A DNA stretch of 64,000 bases from a bacterium (lineage in GTDB: Bacteria > JADJOY01), in NCBI GenBank assembly GCA_046331705.1, contig JAXLQJ010000041.1, positions 1-64,000 of the forward strand, written 5' to 3'. A program made the translations under genes and the position numbers. The notes under the pieces were generated by a model. The model did no database searches. It was given only the letters and a program-made list of their open reading frames with translations, and was not told the DNA's origin. Of the stretch, positions 1 through 9,031 are shown piece by piece. The number at the start of each line of letters is the position of its first letter. Positions within the stretch are counted from its first letter, which is position 1.

Positions 1-118
1 CCGCGACGCGGGCCGCGGCCTCGCCCGTCGAGCGGATCGTGGCGCCGCCGCGCGCCGCGCCGAGTCGAGCGCTCGGGAGCGAGCAGCCCACCACGCCGTC
101 GAACACGAGATCCAACGC

Positions 119-1381
119 ATGAGCCAACGCCAAGCCCAGAGCCCGTCCGACTGCTTGCGGTCCGCCGATGCGATCAGACGCATCGACGCCCGCGCGCTCG
201 CCGCGGATCTCGCGGCACTCAAGCAGGACCTCGACCTCGAGTGCGGCGCGGCCGACGTCCGGCACCTGCGCAAGATGATGCGCTGGGGGCGGCTGCTGGC
301 CGCGTTCGGGTTCGCCACCGCGTGGATCGCCCCCAATCCGCTCTCGGCGGTGGCCCTCGGGCTCGCGGTGTTCGCGCGCTGGGCGATCGTGGGTCACCAC
401 GTCTGCCACGGCGCGTTCGACAAGATCGAGGACCGGCCACCCCACCTCGACAGCCGCCGCTTCGGACGCGGCTGGCGGCGCTTCGTGGACTGGTTCGATT
501 GGCTGATCCCCGAGGCGTGGCACCAGGAGCACGACCTCGACCACCACTACAACCTGGGCGAGCCCGCCGACCCCGACATGGTCGAGCACAACGTCGCGTG
601 GCTGCGCGACGATCGAATCCCGCTCGCGCTGCGCTACGCGCTGCTGGTGCCGCTCGCGCTCACCTGGCGCTTCAGCTACTACGCGGCCAACGCGATCCAC
701 GCCATGCACTCGGCGCGCGAGCGCCGCGCGAACCAGGCGAGCGCCGCCGGCAGCACCATCCGCCGCCGCGACCTGTGGCTGCCTTGGTATCCGCGCGGAC
801 GCGACCTGGTGGTGCGGAGCTGGCTCGTCTATGGCCTCGGCCGCTTCGTCGCGCTACCGGCGCTGCTCGCGCTCTGGAGCCCGTGGGCTGCGTTCTCGCT
901 GGCGGTGAATCTGGTGCTGGCCGAGCTCTACGCGAACCTCCACAGTTTCGTGGTCATCGTCCCCAACCACGCCGGCGGCGACCTCTATTCCTTCGATCGG
1001 CCCGCCACCAGCCGCGCCGAGTTCCAGCTCCGTCAGATCCTGGGCTCGGTGAACTACCGCTGCGGCGGCGACTGGAACGACTTCCTGCACGGCTTCCTCA
1101 ACTACCAGATCGAGCATCACCTGTGGCCATCGTGGACTCCCCGCCAGTACCAGCGCGCGCAGCCGCGTGTGCGGGAACTCTGCGCCCGCCACGGCGTGCC
1201 CTACGTGCAAGCGCCGGTGCTGCAGCGCGTGCGGCGGCTGGTGCGGGTGGCGGTGGGCATCGAGTCGTCGACGCGTGTCGACACCGCGACCGAGCCGGTG
1301 CGGCTCGATCCGGAACGGGTGCGAGCCGGCGCCGGCGTGCCGCTCGATCTCGGCGTGGCGCTGCCCAGCGCGGCGACGTGA
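119..1381 (+). CDS. Membrane fatty acid (acyl-CoA) desaturase
   Basis: Three His boxes GHHVCHG, WHQEHDLDHH and LNYQIEHHLWP, separated by hydrophobic segments. Confidence 0.92.
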   Translation: MSQRQAQSPSDCLRSADAIRRIDARALAADLAALKQDLDLECGAADVRHLRKMMRWGRLLAAFGFATAWIAPNPLSAVALGLAVFARWAIVGHHVCHGAFDKIEDRPPHLDSRRFGRGWRRFVDWFDWLIPEAWHQEHDLDHHYNLGEPADPDMVEHNVAWLRDDRIPLALRYALLVPLALTWRFSYYAANAIHAMHSARERRANQASAAGSTIRRRDLWLPWYPRGRDLVVRSWLVYGLGRFVALPALLALWSPWAAFSLAVNLVLAELYANLHSFVVIVPNHAGGDLYSFDRPATSRAEFQLRQILGSVNYRCGGDWNDFLHGFLNYQIEHHLWPSWTPRQYQRAQPRVRELCARHGVPYVQAPVLQRVRRLVRVAVGIESSTRVDTATEPVRLDPERVRAGAGVPLDLGVALPSAAT

Positions 1382-1397
1382 GGACGCGGCCCGCTCG

Positions 1398-2720
1398 TCA
1401 CGCGGGCGCGGCGCGGGTCGCCATCAGCACGTTGAGCAGATACGGCGCGAGGATCCGGAAGTAGCTGACGTTGGGCCGGAACTGAAGCGTGATGCCGGTG
1501 AGGGCCACGAACACCCTCCCCAGCAGCACGAAGTCCTGCGGCACCGTCACGGGGTTGGCGCGGATCGAGCTCATCATGTCGCGCCACAGTGTCTCGAAGT
1601 CGAGGCCGCGGAAATCCGACGCGCGCTCCGCCAGGAACACCGCCATGTAGGTCGCGCCGAGCCGCTCGAGCGGCTCGGGATTGCCGTCGTGCGTGCGAAA
1701 GCCGAGCGCCGTGAACGAGCGCGCGATGCTCGCGCCATCCTTCTGCACCAACGCCTGGGCGAGCTGCACGTACTCCCGGCGGGTCTCGATGGCGATCGGC
1801 TTGGCGCAGCCGAAGTCCACCAGCCCCAGCTTCCCCTCCGGCGTGACCAGGAAGTTCCCGGGATGGGGATCGGCGTGGAAGAAGCCGTCCTCGAGTGTTT
1901 GCTTGCAGAAGGCGTCGACCAGCGTCGAGCAGACGCGATCGATGCGCTCGCGCCCGGCCTCGCCGGCGCGCGCCGCGTCCTCGAGGTCGAGGGTGATCCG
2001 ACGGCCTTCGATGAAATCCATGGTGACGATGCGGCGGGTGGTGGTGTCCCAGTGGATCCGTGGGATCACGACGTCCTCGCGCGCCTTGAAGGCCTCGTGG
2101 AAGCGTTCGGCGTTGCGGCCCTCCTGGACGTAGTCGACCTCCTCGCCGACGTACCGCACCAGCTCGTTGGCGATCGCCACCACGTCCACGTGCTCGACGA
2201 AGCGCTGCGCCAAGCGCGCCACCAAGCGCAGGTTCTCGAGATCGCCGAGGACGATGGGCTCCATGTGCGGGAACTGCACCTTCACCGCCACCCGCGCACC
2301 CTCGTGGGTGCGCGCCTCGTGAACCTGACCGAGCGACGCCGCGGCCACCGGCACGTGGTTGAACCACGCGAAGGCCTCGTCGGGGCCCTTCCCCAGCTCG
2401 TGCCGGATCTGCGCGGCGATCACGCCATAGGGCAACGGCGGCACCTGGTCCTGGAGTCGCGACAGCACCTCGACGTAAGGGGGCGGCACCAGGTCGATGC
2501 GCGTGCTCACGAACTGGCCGACCTTCAGGAAGGCGCCCCTGAGCGCGACGCTGGTGCGGTAGATCCGCTCGGCGTTGGCACGGTGCACGGCCTCCCAGAA
2601 CCGCTCGCGCGCCTCGGGGGCGCCCGCCGGCGCGCGCATCCACGCCAGCGCGTAGCTCGCCGTGACCCGGACGGCGAGCCACACGATCACGGTCATGCGC
2701 TGAGCGCGATGGACGATCAT
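1398..2720 (-). CDS. ABC1/AarF/UbiB-family atypical kinase
   Basis: Motifs LKVGQF, AAASLGQVH, VAVKVQ, FFHADPHPGN, LVDFG. Start moved to ATG 2720, which has GAGGA upstream. Confidence 0.92.
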   Translation of the reverse strand: MIVHRAQRMTVIVWLAVRVTASYALAWMRAPAGAPEARERFWEAVHRANAERIYRTSVALRGAFLKVGQFVSTRIDLVPPPYVEVLSRLQDQVPPLPYGVIAAQIRHELGKGPDEAFAWFNHVPVAAASLGQVHEARTHEGARVAVKVQFPHMEPIVLGDLENLRLVARLAQRFVEHVDVVAIANELVRYVGEEVDYVQEGRNAERFHEAFKAREDVVIPRIHWDTTTRRIVTMDFIEGRRITLDLEDAARAGEAGRERIDRVCSTLVDAFCKQTLEDGFFHADPHPGNFLVTPEGKLGLVDFGCAKPIAIETRREYVQLAQALVQKDGASIARSFTALGFRTHDGNPEPLERLGATYMAVFLAERASDFRGLDFETLWRDMMSSIRANPVTVPQDFVLLGRVFVALTGITLQFRPNVSYFRILAPYLLNVLMATRAAPA

Positions 2721-2884
2721 TCGTTTCCTCGGGGCGGTCGCCGGCTGGCGACGCGGCGGGATGGCGCGGGCCACGCTCCGGTGAGCGGGCTCGGATTTAG
2801 GTGCTGTCCCGATTGCTGGCAAGCACCCGCCTGGCGTATATCCGCTCGCCCCTCCGGCTCACCCCCGGCACCGAAAGCGAGCGC

Positions 2885-4231
2885 ATGAAAGCATTCATCT
2901 ATTCCAGCAGCACGATCATCGAGCCGCTCGGCGATCCCGCGTCCCAATCGCGGATCCTGAACGAGCCGCTCGAAGCGAGCATGACGCAGCTGCTCACGCG
3001 GCTCAGGCTCGAACCGGTGCGCATCGCGCACCCGGCGGAAGCCACCGGTGAGCGCTACCTGCTGCTGCCCGACAATCTCTACCTCACCGGCGCGCTGCTC
3101 TACGAGTTCCTCAAGGCCGCCGCCAAGGAATCCGGTACCGTCGCGCTGGCGCTGCGCGAATCCGCCTTCACCCGCTTCAGCACGCCGCTTCAAGACTTGC
3201 GCAGCGAGGGCGAAGGCGACGAGCGCATCTGGATCTACCCGCTGGTGCGTGTGGACCGCGCCGGCGGCGGCGACGGGGACCCCGCCAAGGCCCGCCCCCT
3301 CGTCACCCACGCGCGCACCTGGAACCTACCCGTGTGGAAGGCCCAGGACGTGCCGGGCCGGCCGAAGCAGTTCCTCCCGGTGACCTTCCACCAGGCGGTC
3401 CTGATCGAGAGCTGGTACCACATCTGGGTCGCCAACGTGCTCGCGGGTCCCGTGTGGGCGGCCCGCCAGATCTTCCGCAAGCGGCGCGCCGCGTGGCTGC
3501 TGGTGAAGCTCTTGTGGTCGCTGGTGAGCTACCTGCCCGTGCAGCTCGCGCTCGCCATCAGCGGAGTGCCCGTCACCATCGGCGGCGCGTCGCTGCTCGA
3601 GCACGTCGGACGCCACCTGGTCATCCGCGGCAAGCGCTGTCGCGTCCATCCCACGGCCGTGGTCATCGCCAGCGAGCTGGGCGACGACGTCGAGGTCGGC
3701 CCGTACACGATCGTGGCGCTGAGCGTGCTCGGCAACGGCGTCGCCATCGACGCGTGCGGCGAGGTCCGCAACTCCGTGGTCGGCGACGGCACGCACCTGA
3801 TCCATCGGCCCGCCTTCAACGCGGCGATCTGCTATCCGGGCTGCCGGATCAGCCTGGTGCAAGCCAGCCTGCTGGGCCGAAACGCATCGTTCGGCGGCGA
3901 GGTGCGGGCGTACGATCTCAACCTCAAGGGGCCGGTCACCATCGAGCACAAGGGCCGCGTGGTGCCGACCGGCACCTCGGGGCTCGGCACCTGTGTCGGC
4001 CACGGAGCACAGCTCTGGGGTCGCATCTCGCTGGCCCCGGGACGCGTGATCCCCAACGGGGTCATGGTCATCGAAGACCCGCACGTGGTGCTGCAGCGGG
4101 TGCCGGCCGACGTGCAGCCCGGCGTGATCCACGCCATCCGCAAAGGCGTGCTGACGCCGGTGGGCAGCTCGCGAGAGGGGGCAGCGGACGCCGCGGCGCC
4201 GGCGGCGCCGCGGACAGACGAGCGCAGGTGA
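2885..4231 (+). CDS. Hypothetical protein with central hydrophobic segment and C-terminal left-handed beta-helix (hexapeptide repeat) domain
   Basis: Hexapeptide repeats (VHPTAVV, LGDDVEVGPYTIV, LGNGVAID, VGDGTHL, VGHGAQL); coding-like codon usage from ATG 2885. Confidence 0.75.
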   Translation: MKAFIYSSSTIIEPLGDPASQSRILNEPLEASMTQLLTRLRLEPVRIAHPAEATGERYLLLPDNLYLTGALLYEFLKAAAKESGTVALALRESAFTRFSTPLQDLRSEGEGDERIWIYPLVRVDRAGGGDGDPAKARPLVTHARTWNLPVWKAQDVPGRPKQFLPVTFHQAVLIESWYHIWVANVLAGPVWAARQIFRKRRAAWLLVKLLWSLVSYLPVQLALAISGVPVTIGGASLLEHVGRHLVIRGKRCRVHPTAVVIASELGDDVEVGPYTIVALSVLGNGVAIDACGEVRNSVVGDGTHLIHRPAFNAAICYPGCRISLVQASLLGRNASFGGEVRAYDLNLKGPVTIEHKGRVVPTGTSGLGTCVGHGAQLWGRISLAPGRVIPNGVMVIEDPHVVLQRVPADVQPGVIHAIRKGVLTPVGSSREGAADAAAPAAPRTDERR

Positions 4232-4261
4232 AGGGCTCGCGCGCGACCGCTTCGCGCGTGA

Positions 4262-4281
4262 CGGGGCGCGCTCACGCCCCG
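4262..4281. terminator. GC hairpin between convergent genes
   Basis: cggggcg-cgctca-cgccccg inverted repeat; no U-tract. Confidence 0.3.
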
Positions 4282-4294
4282 CGGCAGACGCGGG

Positions 4295-4816
4295 TCACGC
4301 GTCCGGCGAGAGCGTCAGGTACGCGTGGCGATCGCTGCCCAGATCGAGCTCGTGGTGCGCCCACTTCAGGTACCAGTACTTCCCCGGAATGAAGTGGGTG
4401 GAGTGCACGTCGCGATCGCTCTCGTAGAGCACCGCGTAGAGATCGAAGGACTCGGGATCGCGCGGCGCCGGAAAGCGGAAGTGGAGCGAACCCGGCTGGC
4501 CCGTGTCGCCGCTGCGACCGAAGAGATAGAACTCGGTCTCCGGGTCGTCGCGGAAGCCGTTCAGGTGACGAACGCCGCGCAGCCGCACCAGCATGCCGTC
4601 GATCGGCCGATTGCAGTCGTCCACGACCCGCATCGAGAGCTCGTAGAAACGGTCGTTGAGGTGTAGACGCGGCACGTAGCCGGTGCGCCACGGGTCGATC
4701 ACGTCGACGGAGGCGCACCCGGCCAACGCCAGCAGCCAGCCGCCGACGAGGGCCGCGCTCCCAACCCCGCGCCGGACAACGCCGCGAGCCCCGCGGATGC
4801 GATCCGATCCATTCAT
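4295..4816 (-). CDS. Hypothetical lipoprotein
   Basis: Hydrophobic stretch followed by lipobox LAGC; aromatic-rich globular remainder; start uncertain. Confidence 0.65.
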   Translation of the reverse strand: MNGSDRIRGARGVVRRGVGSAALVGGWLLALAGCASVDVIDPWRTGYVPRLHLNDRFYELSMRVVDDCNRPIDGMLVRLRGVRHLNGFRDDPETEFYLFGRSGDTGQPGSLHFRFPAPRDPESFDLYAVLYESDRDVHSTHFIPGKYWYLKWAHHELDLGSDRHAYLTLSPDA

Positions 4817-4907
4817 GCGCGCGCTCCCCGTCGCGGCGAACCAGGCGTCGGGCCGCGACCCCGTCGTTGATACCACCGTCGCTTCGCGCGTCGCAATCGC
4901 CTTCCCT

Positions 4908-5906
4908 TCACCACTTGAGCAAGGCCGCGCCCCAGGTGAAGCCGGCGCCGAAGGCGGCGATGCACACCAGCCCACCCCGCTTGAGTCGGCCATCCTCGCG
5001 GGCTTCGTTGAGCGCGATGGGAATCGACCCCGCGGTGGTGTTGCCGTAGCGCTGGATGTTGTTGACGACCTTCTCGTCCGGCAGCCCGAGCTCGCTCGCC
5101 ACCCATTGGTTGATGCGCAGGTTCGCTTGGTGCGGCACCAGCAGGTCGATGTCCTCGATGCTCTTCCCGGCGGCGGCGAGCGCTTCGAGGATGGCGCCCT
5201 TCATGTTGGTGGTCGCCTCCTTGAACACGGCGCGACCGTTCATCTTGGGCCAGTGCTCTCCCGCCGCGAGATCCTCGGTTCGCATGTAGGGCTTGCGCGA
5301 GATGTTCCAGAGGTGCAGGCACAGGTCCTCGGCGCCGCGGCCGTCGGCGTGCAGGTTCACCGTGAGCAAGCCGCGGTCTTCCTCGGTGGGCGAGACGATC
5401 GCCGCGCCGGCTCCGTCGCCGAAGAGCACCGTCACGGTGCGTCCCTGGGTGGAGAAATCGAGCGCCGACGAGTGCACCTCCGCGCCCACCACCAGGATGT
5501 TCTTGTAGCGCCCGGTGCGCACGAAGGCGTCGGCGGTGGCGAGGCCGTAGAGGAAGCCGGTGCACTGGTTCCGGATGTCCATCGCGGCGATGCCCGGGAT
5601 GCCGAGCTTGTCCTGCATGTAGCAGCTGGTTCCGGGGAAGTGGCGATCCGGGCTCAGCGTGGCGAACAGGATGAAATCGACGTCCGCGAGCGTGATGCCC
5701 GCATCGGCCACGGCACGCTTCGCCGCCTCCGCGCCGAGGTCGCTGGTCCACACGCCTTCGTCGGCGTAGTGGCGCTCCTCGATGCCGGTGCGCTGACGAA
5801 TCCACTCGTCCGAGGTGGTCATCAGCGTCTCGAGATCCTTGTTCTTGACCACACGGGGAGGGACGTAGACGCCCAATCCCTTCACGTAGCTGCGAATCAT
5901 GCCCAT
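4908..5906 (-). CDS. fabH: 3-oxoacyl-ACP synthase III
   Basis: TSDEWIRQRTGI, catalytic Cys (NQCTGF), His (PHQAN), Asn (YGNTTAGS), AFGAGFTWG; GAGGAG RBS before ATG 5906. Confidence 0.95.
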   Translation of the reverse strand: MGMIRSYVKGLGVYVPPRVVKNKDLETLMTTSDEWIRQRTGIEERHYADEGVWTSDLGAEAAKRAVADAGITLADVDFILFATLSPDRHFPGTSCYMQDKLGIPGIAAMDIRNQCTGFLYGLATADAFVRTGRYKNILVVGAEVHSSALDFSTQGRTVTVLFGDGAGAAIVSPTEEDRGLLTVNLHADGRGAEDLCLHLWNISRKPYMRTEDLAAGEHWPKMNGRAVFKEATTNMKGAILEALAAAGKSIEDIDLLVPHQANLRINQWVASELGLPDEKVVNNIQRYGNTTAGSIPIALNEAREDGRLKRGGLVCIAAFGAGFTWGAALLKW

Positions 5907-6185
5907 GGTCTCCTCGTGGAGTGCGTAAGCGAATCGACTGCGGTTCGTCGCCGACGCGCGCGAGCCGCGCGCGAGGCTCGCGACGGCGTCGCGCCGCACG
6001 AATTCTTCACACGTAGCTCGCCGCACCTGGATTGTCTAGGAGCGCGCCCGAGAATCGGCGCCCCAACCGGCGTGCGCGACCGAGCGCGCCGCGCGGAGGT
6101 CGGGCGGCCGGCTCGGGCGCCGAAATCCAGCCGCCCTCCTCTTCGCGCCGGGCGCGAAACCGCGTCGTCGCGGCGGCGGCGCGGG

Positions 6186-6953
6186 TCAGCGCTCCGCGCC
6201 GTCGCCACGCGCCGGCTTGCGCCAGCGCACGCGCTCGATCGCCCACTCGAGCTCGGATCGCTTCTTGGGGTCGCTCTCGCCGTCGCGCAGACGTTCGAGC
6301 ACCACCAGCGCGTCGCGGGCGGCGCTGCCGATGTTGCCGAGCGCCCACGCAGCGGCCATGCGAGCCTGGCGATCGCCGAGCGCGTGGATCAAGGCCGGCA
6401 CCGCTTCGCGCGCCTCGGGACCGATCGCGCCCAGCGCATACGCCGACTCGATCTGCACGTCGGAGAAGTGGTCGTCGAGGGCGCGGGTGAGCGCCGGAAT
6501 CGCCGCGCGCGTGTCTGGCGCCAGCGCACGCAGCGTGCGCGCGGCCTCGAGCCGCACCCCGTGATCCTCGTCCGTGAGCGCCGCGGCAAGCGCCGGCACC
6601 GCCGGCAGTCCCCGATCGCCGACGTTACCGAGCGCCCGTGCAGCGGACTGGCGCGCTCGCGGGTCGATGCGGCCCAGGTCCTCGATCAGGTCCTCGGTGG
6701 AGCGGCCCCGCGGGCGGGCCGCGTCCTCCGCCGCGGTCGGCGGGACACCGGCGGTGGCCCAGAGAAGCACGAGCAAAGCCGTGATTGCCGGGGCGCGACG
6801 CCGCCACGAGCGCCAAACCGGGCCGAGGCGCTCGCGGCCATCGGTGGAGCCGGCGCAGCCCCGCCTGCTGTGGAATTCGTCACAAATGCCACAGTCTGCG
6901 GGCCTGTGCCCAGCCCGCGCCAAATGTCGGCCTTTCCGAGAAACTACACGCAT
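6186..6953 (-). CDS. HEAT/PBS-lyase repeat protein, probably exported (true start likely downstream of 6953)
   Basis: Repeated AARALG..G....AVPAL..AL.D units; signal-like segment ITALLVLLWATA. Confidence 0.8.
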   Translation of the reverse strand: MRVVSRKGRHLARAGHRPADCGICDEFHSRRGCAGSTDGRERLGPVWRSWRRRAPAITALLVLLWATAGVPPTAAEDAARPRGRSTEDLIEDLGRIDPRARQSAARALGNVGDRGLPAVPALAAALTDEDHGVRLEAARTLRALAPDTRAAIPALTRALDDHFSDVQIESAYALGAIGPEAREAVPALIHALGDRQARMAAAWALGNIGSAARDALVVLERLRDGESDPKKRSELEWAIERVRWRKPARGDGAER

Positions 6954-6969
6954 ATCACATCATACGCTA

Positions 6970-6991
6970 TTGATATTGCTAACTATATCAA
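6970..6991. promoter_or_regulatory. Candidate operator, TTGATAT-N8-ATATCAA
   Basis: Perfect 7-bp inverted repeat inside the most AT-rich patch of the window. Confidence 0.45.
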
Positions 6992-6992
6992 A

Positions 6993-7015
6993 CGAGAATC
7001 TCCCTGAGATTCTCG
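6993..7015 (-). terminator. Hairpin after the GHMP kinase gene
   Basis: cgagaatctc-cct-gagattctcg, perfect 10-bp stem followed by TTT on the minus strand. Confidence 0.5.
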
Positions 7016-7065
7016 CGGCCATGCGGTCGTCCGCACCGGCGTCGGGCACGATTTCAACAAGCTGT

Positions 7066-8145
7066 TCACAGGGCGGTCGCAGGTCGTCCCGGCCCCCCAG
7101 CGGCCACGCGCTTCACCTGCACACCTCGGCGCGCGATCGTGCTGGCCAAGACCTGTCCACCCGCGCGCACGACGGCGCTCGCGACGGCGTCACGGTCGCC
7201 GGGCTCGACCAGAAAGGCAATGCAACCGCCGCCACCGGCGCCACAGACCTTGGCCGCCACCGCCCCTGCGCGGCGCGCTGCGCGCTCGATGCGCGTGAGC
7301 TCCGGCGTCCGGATCCCTGCGGCCAACTGGGCGCGCGCCGCCCACTCCGCGTCGATCGCCAGCGCGGCCGCGTGCCAATCGCCCGCGAGCAGCGCGGCGC
7401 GCAACGCGTTCGCCGCTTCCACGATCCGCTCCAAGCGCTTCACCAAGGCGCCGCGCCGCTCCACCACGCCACGAAACACGTCCCAGTTGTTGAGCCCGGA
7501 GCTGCGCGAGACGCCGGAATAGCCGAGCACCAGGCGCCGTTCGAGCTCGCCCGGGTCGACGTCCAGGGTCTCACGACGCACTCCGTCGAGGCCGAAGCGC
7601 AGCGCCACGAGTCCGCCCCAAAGCGCGGGGTGGTAGTCCTGATCGCCCGTGGGCACGCCCAGGATCCGCGCCTCGGCATTGCGGCAGAGCTCGACGGTTT
7701 GCCACTTGGAGAGCCTTCGCCCCGTCCAGGCGGCGAGCGTCGTCGCGATCGCGACCGCGAGCGCGGACGAGCCACCCAGCCCCGAGCCCGCGGGCGCCTC
7801 GGCGGCGAGCACCATGCGAAAGCCGCCCTCCGGAGCCAGCTGCTCGGCGAGCGTGCGCGGCAGGGGCAGCGTCGCGGGGGGTAGCTCGGCGAGCGAGCGC
7901 CCCTCGATCACCTGCCCCTGATCGCGCGATTCGATGCGCACCCGCCCGCCACCCAGCGACTCGATCCAGCAATGCGCGCGGACGCCGACGGCGACGTTGA
8001 TGGTGAGCGCACCTGGAAAGAGCACGTAGAGCGGCCACAGGTCCACGGTACCGCCGGCGAGGTCGATGCGCGCCGGCGCCATGCCGTGCATTCCGCCTTC
8101 GCCGCCACGCGGACGCTCGTGCTCGGCCGATCGCTGCCGCTTCAT
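7066..8145 (-). CDS. GHMP kinase, HddA (heptose-7-phosphate kinase)/sugar-1-kinase-like
   Basis: APARIDLAGGTVD, PAGSGLGGSS, GDQDY, KVCGAGGGGC; AAGGAG RBS before ATG 8145. Confidence 0.9.
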   Translation of the reverse strand: MKRQRSAEHERPRGGEGGMHGMAPARIDLAGGTVDLWPLYVLFPGALTINVAVGVRAHCWIESLGGGRVRIESRDQGQVIEGRSLAELPPATLPLPRTLAEQLAPEGGFRMVLAAEAPAGSGLGGSSALAVAIATTLAAWTGRRLSKWQTVELCRNAEARILGVPTGDQDYHPALWGGLVALRFGLDGVRRETLDVDPGELERRLVLGYSGVSRSSGLNNWDVFRGVVERRGALVKRLERIVEAANALRAALLAGDWHAAALAIDAEWAARAQLAAGIRTPELTRIERAARRAGAVAAKVCGAGGGGCIAFLVEPGDRDAVASAVVRAGGQVLASTIARRGVQVKRVAAGGPGRPATAL

Positions 8146-8197
8146 CCCATTCTCCTTCGACACGCGCCGCACCGCCCACGGTCGCCGAGGCACGCGC

Positions 8198-9031
8198 TCA
8201 TGGGGCGCCGAGCGCCGAAGCGCGCAGCGACCGCGCCCAGCCGAGCACGCTCTGCCAGGCCTGCTGCACCGGCTCCCAGGCGAGAACGTCCCGCCCCCAC
8301 ACGGTGCCCGCCGCCAACCCCACGATCAGCACCAGCGCGAGCCCGTCCGCGGCTCCGAAGCGATGCTCGGCGAGCTCCGTTCGTTGCTCGCCGGAGCCGA
8401 AGCCACGGGTCTCGAGCGCTGCGGCGAGGCGGTCCGCGCGCCGCACGGCCGTGAGGAACATCGGCACCACCAGCGGCGTGTACCGACGCATCCGCGCCAG
8501 CACGTTGCCGCGATCGAGATCGAGACCGCGTGCGCGCTGCGCCTCGGCGACCGCACGCCCCGACGACACGAACGTGGGCACCAGCCGAAACGCCAGCGTG
8601 AGCGCGAACGCGACCCGGTAGGGCAGCCCCAGCGAACGCAGGCCGTAGGCGAACTCCTCGACGCGGGTCGTGGCCAGAAAGAGCACGCCCGAGCCGACCA
8701 TGAGGGCGAGCCTGAGACCGAGCGCGGCGGCGCGGCCGAGCCCCGCCGGGTCGAAGCCCGCGCGCAGCAACCCGCCCTCGGGCGCGAACAGCCACCACAT
8801 CGAGGTGGTCGCCACGAACAACGTGATCAGGAGCGACGCCATGCCGGCGAGCGCGTCGAGCACCCGACCGAGCGCCGCGCCCGCCAGCACGATCCCCATC
8901 AGCACCAGCAGCGTGTCGAGGCGATCCAGTCGCATCGCCACGGCGAAGAACGCCGGCAGCAGCACGATCTTGGTCACCGGGTGCAGCCGGTGCAGCGCGC
9001 TCTCTCGATCGACGTAGAGAAAGAGCTTCAC
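8198..9031 (-). CDS. ecfT: ECF transporter T component
   Basis: SALHRLHPVTKI, AQRARG and ALETRGF Arg motifs; GTG start overlaps the ATPase stop. Confidence 0.92.
   Translation of the reverse strand: MKLFLYVDRESALHRLHPVTKIVLLPAFFAVAMRLDRLDTLLVLMGIVLAGAALGRVLDALAGMASLLITLFVATTSMWWLFAPEGGLLRAGFDPAGLGRAAALGLRLALMVGSGVLFLATTRVEEFAYGLRSLGLPYRVAFALTLAFRLVPTFVSSGRAVAEAQRARGLDLDRGNVLARMRRYTPLVVPMFLTAVRRADRLAAALETRGFGSGEQRTELAEHRFGAADGLALVLIVGLAAGTVWGRDVLAWEPVQQAWQSVLGWARSLRASALGAP

Noticed and set aside
6876-6892. Sigma54 site TGGCATTTGTGACGA upstream of the HEAT gene
   Set aside because: The -12 element lacks both TTG and GC; too weak to call
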